A program made the translations under genes and the position numbers. From NCBI RefSeq assembly GCF_009914755.1, contig NC_060943.1: a stretch of 64,000 nucleotides of DNA; one strand, given 5' to 3'. Positions 59,901 to 64,000 of the stretch are shown in pieces. The notes beneath the pieces were generated by a model. That model did not search any database and was not told where the DNA came from. It saw only the letters and a list, made by a program, of their open reading frames with translations. This DNA comes from the human T2T-CHM13v2.0 reference genome, Homo sapiens. The first letter of the stretch is position 1, and each line of letters starts with the position of its first letter.

Positions 59901-62900
59901 CATATCACGAAGAAGTTTCTGAGAATGCTTCTGTCCAATTTGTATGTGAAGATATTCCCTTTTCCATCATAGGACTCAAGTCGCTCTAAATATCCAATTT
60001 CAGATACTACAAAAAGACTGTTTCAAAACTGCTCTCTCAAAGGGAAGGTTCAAGTCCGTGAGTTGAATGCACACATCACAAAGCAGTTCCTGAGAATGCT
60101 TCTGTCTAGTTTGTATCTGAAGTTATTTCCTTTTCCATCACAGGCCTCAAATCGCTCCAAATATCCACTTGCAAATACTACAAAAAGACTGTTTCAAATG
60201 TTCTCTCTCAAAAGGAAGGTTCAACTCTGTGAGTTGAATGCACACATCACAAGGCAGTTTCTGAAAATGCTTCCGTCTAGTTTTTTATTTGAAGGTATTT
60301 CCTTTTCCTTCTTCGGCCTCAAATCACTGCAAATATCCACTTGCAGATACTACAAAAAGACTGTTTCAAAACCGCTCTCTCAAAAGGAAGGTTCGACTCT
60401 GTGAGTTGAATGCACACGTTACGAAGCAGTTTCTGAGAATGCTTCTCTCTATTTTTCAGGTGAAGATATCACTTTTTCCAACATACGTAAAAAAGTACTC
60501 GAAATGAACACTTGCAGATTCTAGAAAAAGGATGTTTCAACACTGCTCTATCAAAAGAAAGGTTCAACGATGTGAATTGAACACACACATCACAAAGGAG
60601 TTTCAGAGAATGCTTCTGTCTAGTGTTTAGGTGACGATATTACCTTTTCCCACATAGGCAACAAAGCGCTCCAAATGAATACTTGTGGGTTCTACAAGAA
60701 GTGTGTTTCAACACTGCTCTATCAAAAGAAAGTTTCCAGTCTGTGAGTTGAATGCACACATCACAACGAACTTTCTGAGAATGCTTGGGTCTACTTTTTA
60801 TGTGAAGATACCCGTTTCCAACGAATAACTCAAAGAGTTCCAAATATACACAGTCAGGTACTGCAAAAGGAGTGTTTCACTCCTGCTCTGTCAAAAGACA
60901 GTTTCAACTCTGTTAGTTGAATGCACACATCTCAATGAAGTTCCTGAGAAGGCTTCTGCCTAGTTTTTTGTGAAGATATTCCCTTTTCCACCATAGGCTT
61001 CACAGCGCTCCAAATGAAAACTTGCAGGTCCTACAAAAAGACTGATTCAAAACTGCTCTCCCAAAAGGAAGGTTCAACTGTGTGAGTTGAATGCACACAT
61101 CACAAAGCAGTTCCTGAGAATGCTTCTGTCTAGTTTGTATGTGAAGATATTTCCTTTTCCATCATAGGCCTCAAATCGCTCCAAATATCCACTTGCAGAT
61201 ACTACAAAAATACTGTTTCAACACTGCTCTCTCCAATGGAAGGTTCAACTCTGTGAGTTGAATGCACACATCACAAAGCAGTTTCTGAGAATGCTTCTGT
61301 CTAGTCTAGTTAGAATGTGAAGATGTCCCGTTTACAACGAATTCCTCCGAGAGCTCTAAATATCTGGAAGCAGATTCCACAAAAGCAGTGCTTCAAACCT
61401 GCTCTATCAAAGGAAAGGTTCAGCTCGGGGAATTGAACACAAACATCACAAAGGAGTTTCTGAGAATGCTTCTGTCTAGTGTTTCTATGAAGATAATTCT
61501 TTTTCTACCATAGGCAACAATACGCTGCAAATGAACACTTGCAGATTTCACAGAAACTGTGTTTTAACACTGCTCTATCAAAACAAAGGTCCAAGTCTGT
61601 GAGTTGACTGCACACATCACAAAGCAGTTTCGGAGAATGATTCTGTCTAGCTTTTTATGTAACGATATTTTCTTTGCACCAGAGGCAACAAAGCACACGG
61701 AATGAAATCTTGCGGATTCTACAAAAAGTGTGTTTCAACACCGCTCTATCCAAAGAAAGGTTCGAGTCCGTGAGTTGAACGCACACAACAGAAAGCAGTT
61801 TCTGAGGATGCTTCTGTCTGGTTTGTATGTGAAGTCATTTCCTTTTCCATCTAAATCGCCTCAAATCGCTAAAAGATCCACTCGCAGATACTACAAAAAG
61901 ACTTTCAAAACTGCTCTCTCAAAAGGAAGGTTCAACTGTGTGAGTTGAATGCGCACATCACATAGCAGTTTTTGAGAACGCTTCTGTCTAGTTTGCATGT
62001 GAAGAGATTCCATTTACAACGAATTCCTCAAAGAGCTCCAATTATCCACAAGCAGAGTCTACAAAAGCAGTGTTTTGAAACTGCTCTGTCAATAGAAAGG
62101 TTCAACTCTGTTAATTGAGCACACACATCCAAAGGAGTTTCTGAGAATCCTTCTGTCTAGTTTTTATTTGAAGATATTGCTTTTTCCACCGTAGGCAACA
62201 AAGCGCTCCAAAGGAACTCTTGCGGATTCTACAAAAAGCGTGTTTCCACACTGCTCTATCAAAAGAAAGTTTCAAGTCTGTGAGTTGAATTGCACACATC
62301 CCAGTGAACTTTCGGAAAATGCATGGGTCTAGTTTTCATGGGAAGATACCCGTTTCCAACGAATTCTTCAAAGAGTTCCAAGTATCCACAAGCAGATTCT
62401 GCAAAAGGAGTGCTTAAATGCTGGTCTATCTAAAGACAGATTCAACTCTGTTAGTTAAATGCACACATCTCAGTGAAGTTCCTGAGAATGCTTCTTTCTA
62501 GTTCTTATGTGAATGTATCTCCTTTTCCACCACAGGCTTCAAAGCGCTCCAAATGAGAACTGGCAGATCCTCATAAAAGACGGCCTCAAAACCGCTCTAT
62601 CAAAAGAAGGGTTCCACTCCAAGAGGTGAATTCACATATCACGAAGAAGTTTCTGAGAATGCTTCTGTCCAATTTGTATGTGAAGATATTCCCTTTTCCA
62701 TCATAGGACTCAAGTCGCTCTAAATATCCAATTTCAGATACTACAAAAAGACTGTTTCAAAACTGCTCTCTCAAAGGGAAGGTTCAAGTCCGTGAGTTGA
62801 ATGCACACATCACAAAGCAGTTCCTGAGAATGCTTCTGTCTAGTTTGTTTCTGAAGTTATTTCCTTTTCCATCATAGGCCTCAAATCGCTCCAAATATCC

Positions 62901-64000
62901 ACTTGCAAATACTACAAAAAGACTGTTTCAAAAGTTCTCTCTCAAAAGGAAGGTTCAACTCTGTGAGTTGAATGCACACATCACAAGGCAGTTTCTGAAA
63001 ATGCTTCCGTCTAGCTTTTTATTTGAAGGTATTTCCTTTTCCTTCTTCGGCCTCAAATCACTGCAAATATCCACTTGCGGATACTACAAGAAGACTGTTT
63101 CAAAACCGCTCTCTCAAAAGGAAGGTTCGACTCCGTGAGTTGAATGCACACGTTACGAAGCAGTTTCTGAGAATGCTTCTGTCTATTTTTCAGGTGAAGA
63201 TATCACTTTTTCCAACATACGTAAAAAAGTACTCGAAATGAACACTTGCAGATTCTAGAAAAAGGATGTTTCAACACTGCTCTATCAAAAGAAAGGTTCA
63301 ACGATGTGAATTGAACACACACATCACAAAGGAGTTTCAGAGAATGCTTCTGTCTAGTGTTTAGGTGACGATATTACCTTTTCCCACATAGGCAACAAAG
63401 CGCTCCAAATGAATACTTGTGGGTTCTACAAGAAGTGTGTTTCAACACTGCTCTATCAAAAGAAAGTTTCCAGTCTGTGAGTTGAATGCACACATCACAA
63501 CGAACTTTCTGAGAATGCTTGGGTCTACTTTTTATGTGAAGATACCCGTTTCCAACGAATAACTCAAAGAGTTCCAAATATACACAGTCAGGTACTGCAA
63601 AAGGAGTGTTTCACTCCTGCTCTGTCAAAAGACAGTTTCAACTCTGTTAGTTGAATGCACACATCTCAATGAAGTTCCTGAGAAGGCTTCTGCCTAGTTT
63701 TTTGTGAAGATATTCCCTTTTCCACCATAGGCTTCACAGCGCTCCAAATGAAAACTTGCAGGTCCTACAAAAAGACTGATTCAAAACTGCTCTCCCAAAA
63801 GGAAGGTTCAACTGTGTGAGTTGAATGCACACATCACAAAGCAGTTCCTGAGAATGCTTCTGTCTAGTTTGTATGTGAAGATATTTCCTTTTCCATCATA
63901 GGCCTCAAATCGCTCCAAATATCCACTTGCAGATACTACAAAAATACCGTTTCAACACTGCTCTCTCCAATGGAAGGTTCAACTCTGTGAGTTGAATGCA

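Overview
Primate (human or great-ape) pericentromeric/centromeric DNA. Almost the whole window is ~171-bp alpha satellite and there is no intact protein-coding gene. From left to right: (1) divergent monomeric alpha satellite in the canonical orientation (1-7243), with a change of monomer lineage near 4.1 kb; (2) an in-register palindromic inversion junction centred on base 7244; (3) divergent alpha satellite in reverse orientation (7245-16071); (4) a full-length but disabled L1PA2/L1PA3-type LINE-1 (16072-22095, 13-bp TSD); (5) a transition zone of divergent precursor units about 34 and 18 monomers long (22.1-31.0 kb); (6) about 12 highly homogeneous copies of a 2,734-bp 16-monomer higher-order repeat (HOR) running off the window end, with a very young 5'-truncated AluY in the first copy only. 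The most interesting signals are structural and evolutionary. They include a readable monomeric > 34-mer > 18-mer > 16-mer record of HOR formation, an apparent AT>GC/CpG-creating bias in HOR-specific variants, a 3-HOR super-period, and a fold-back inversion junction. I see no evidence for a novel coding system.
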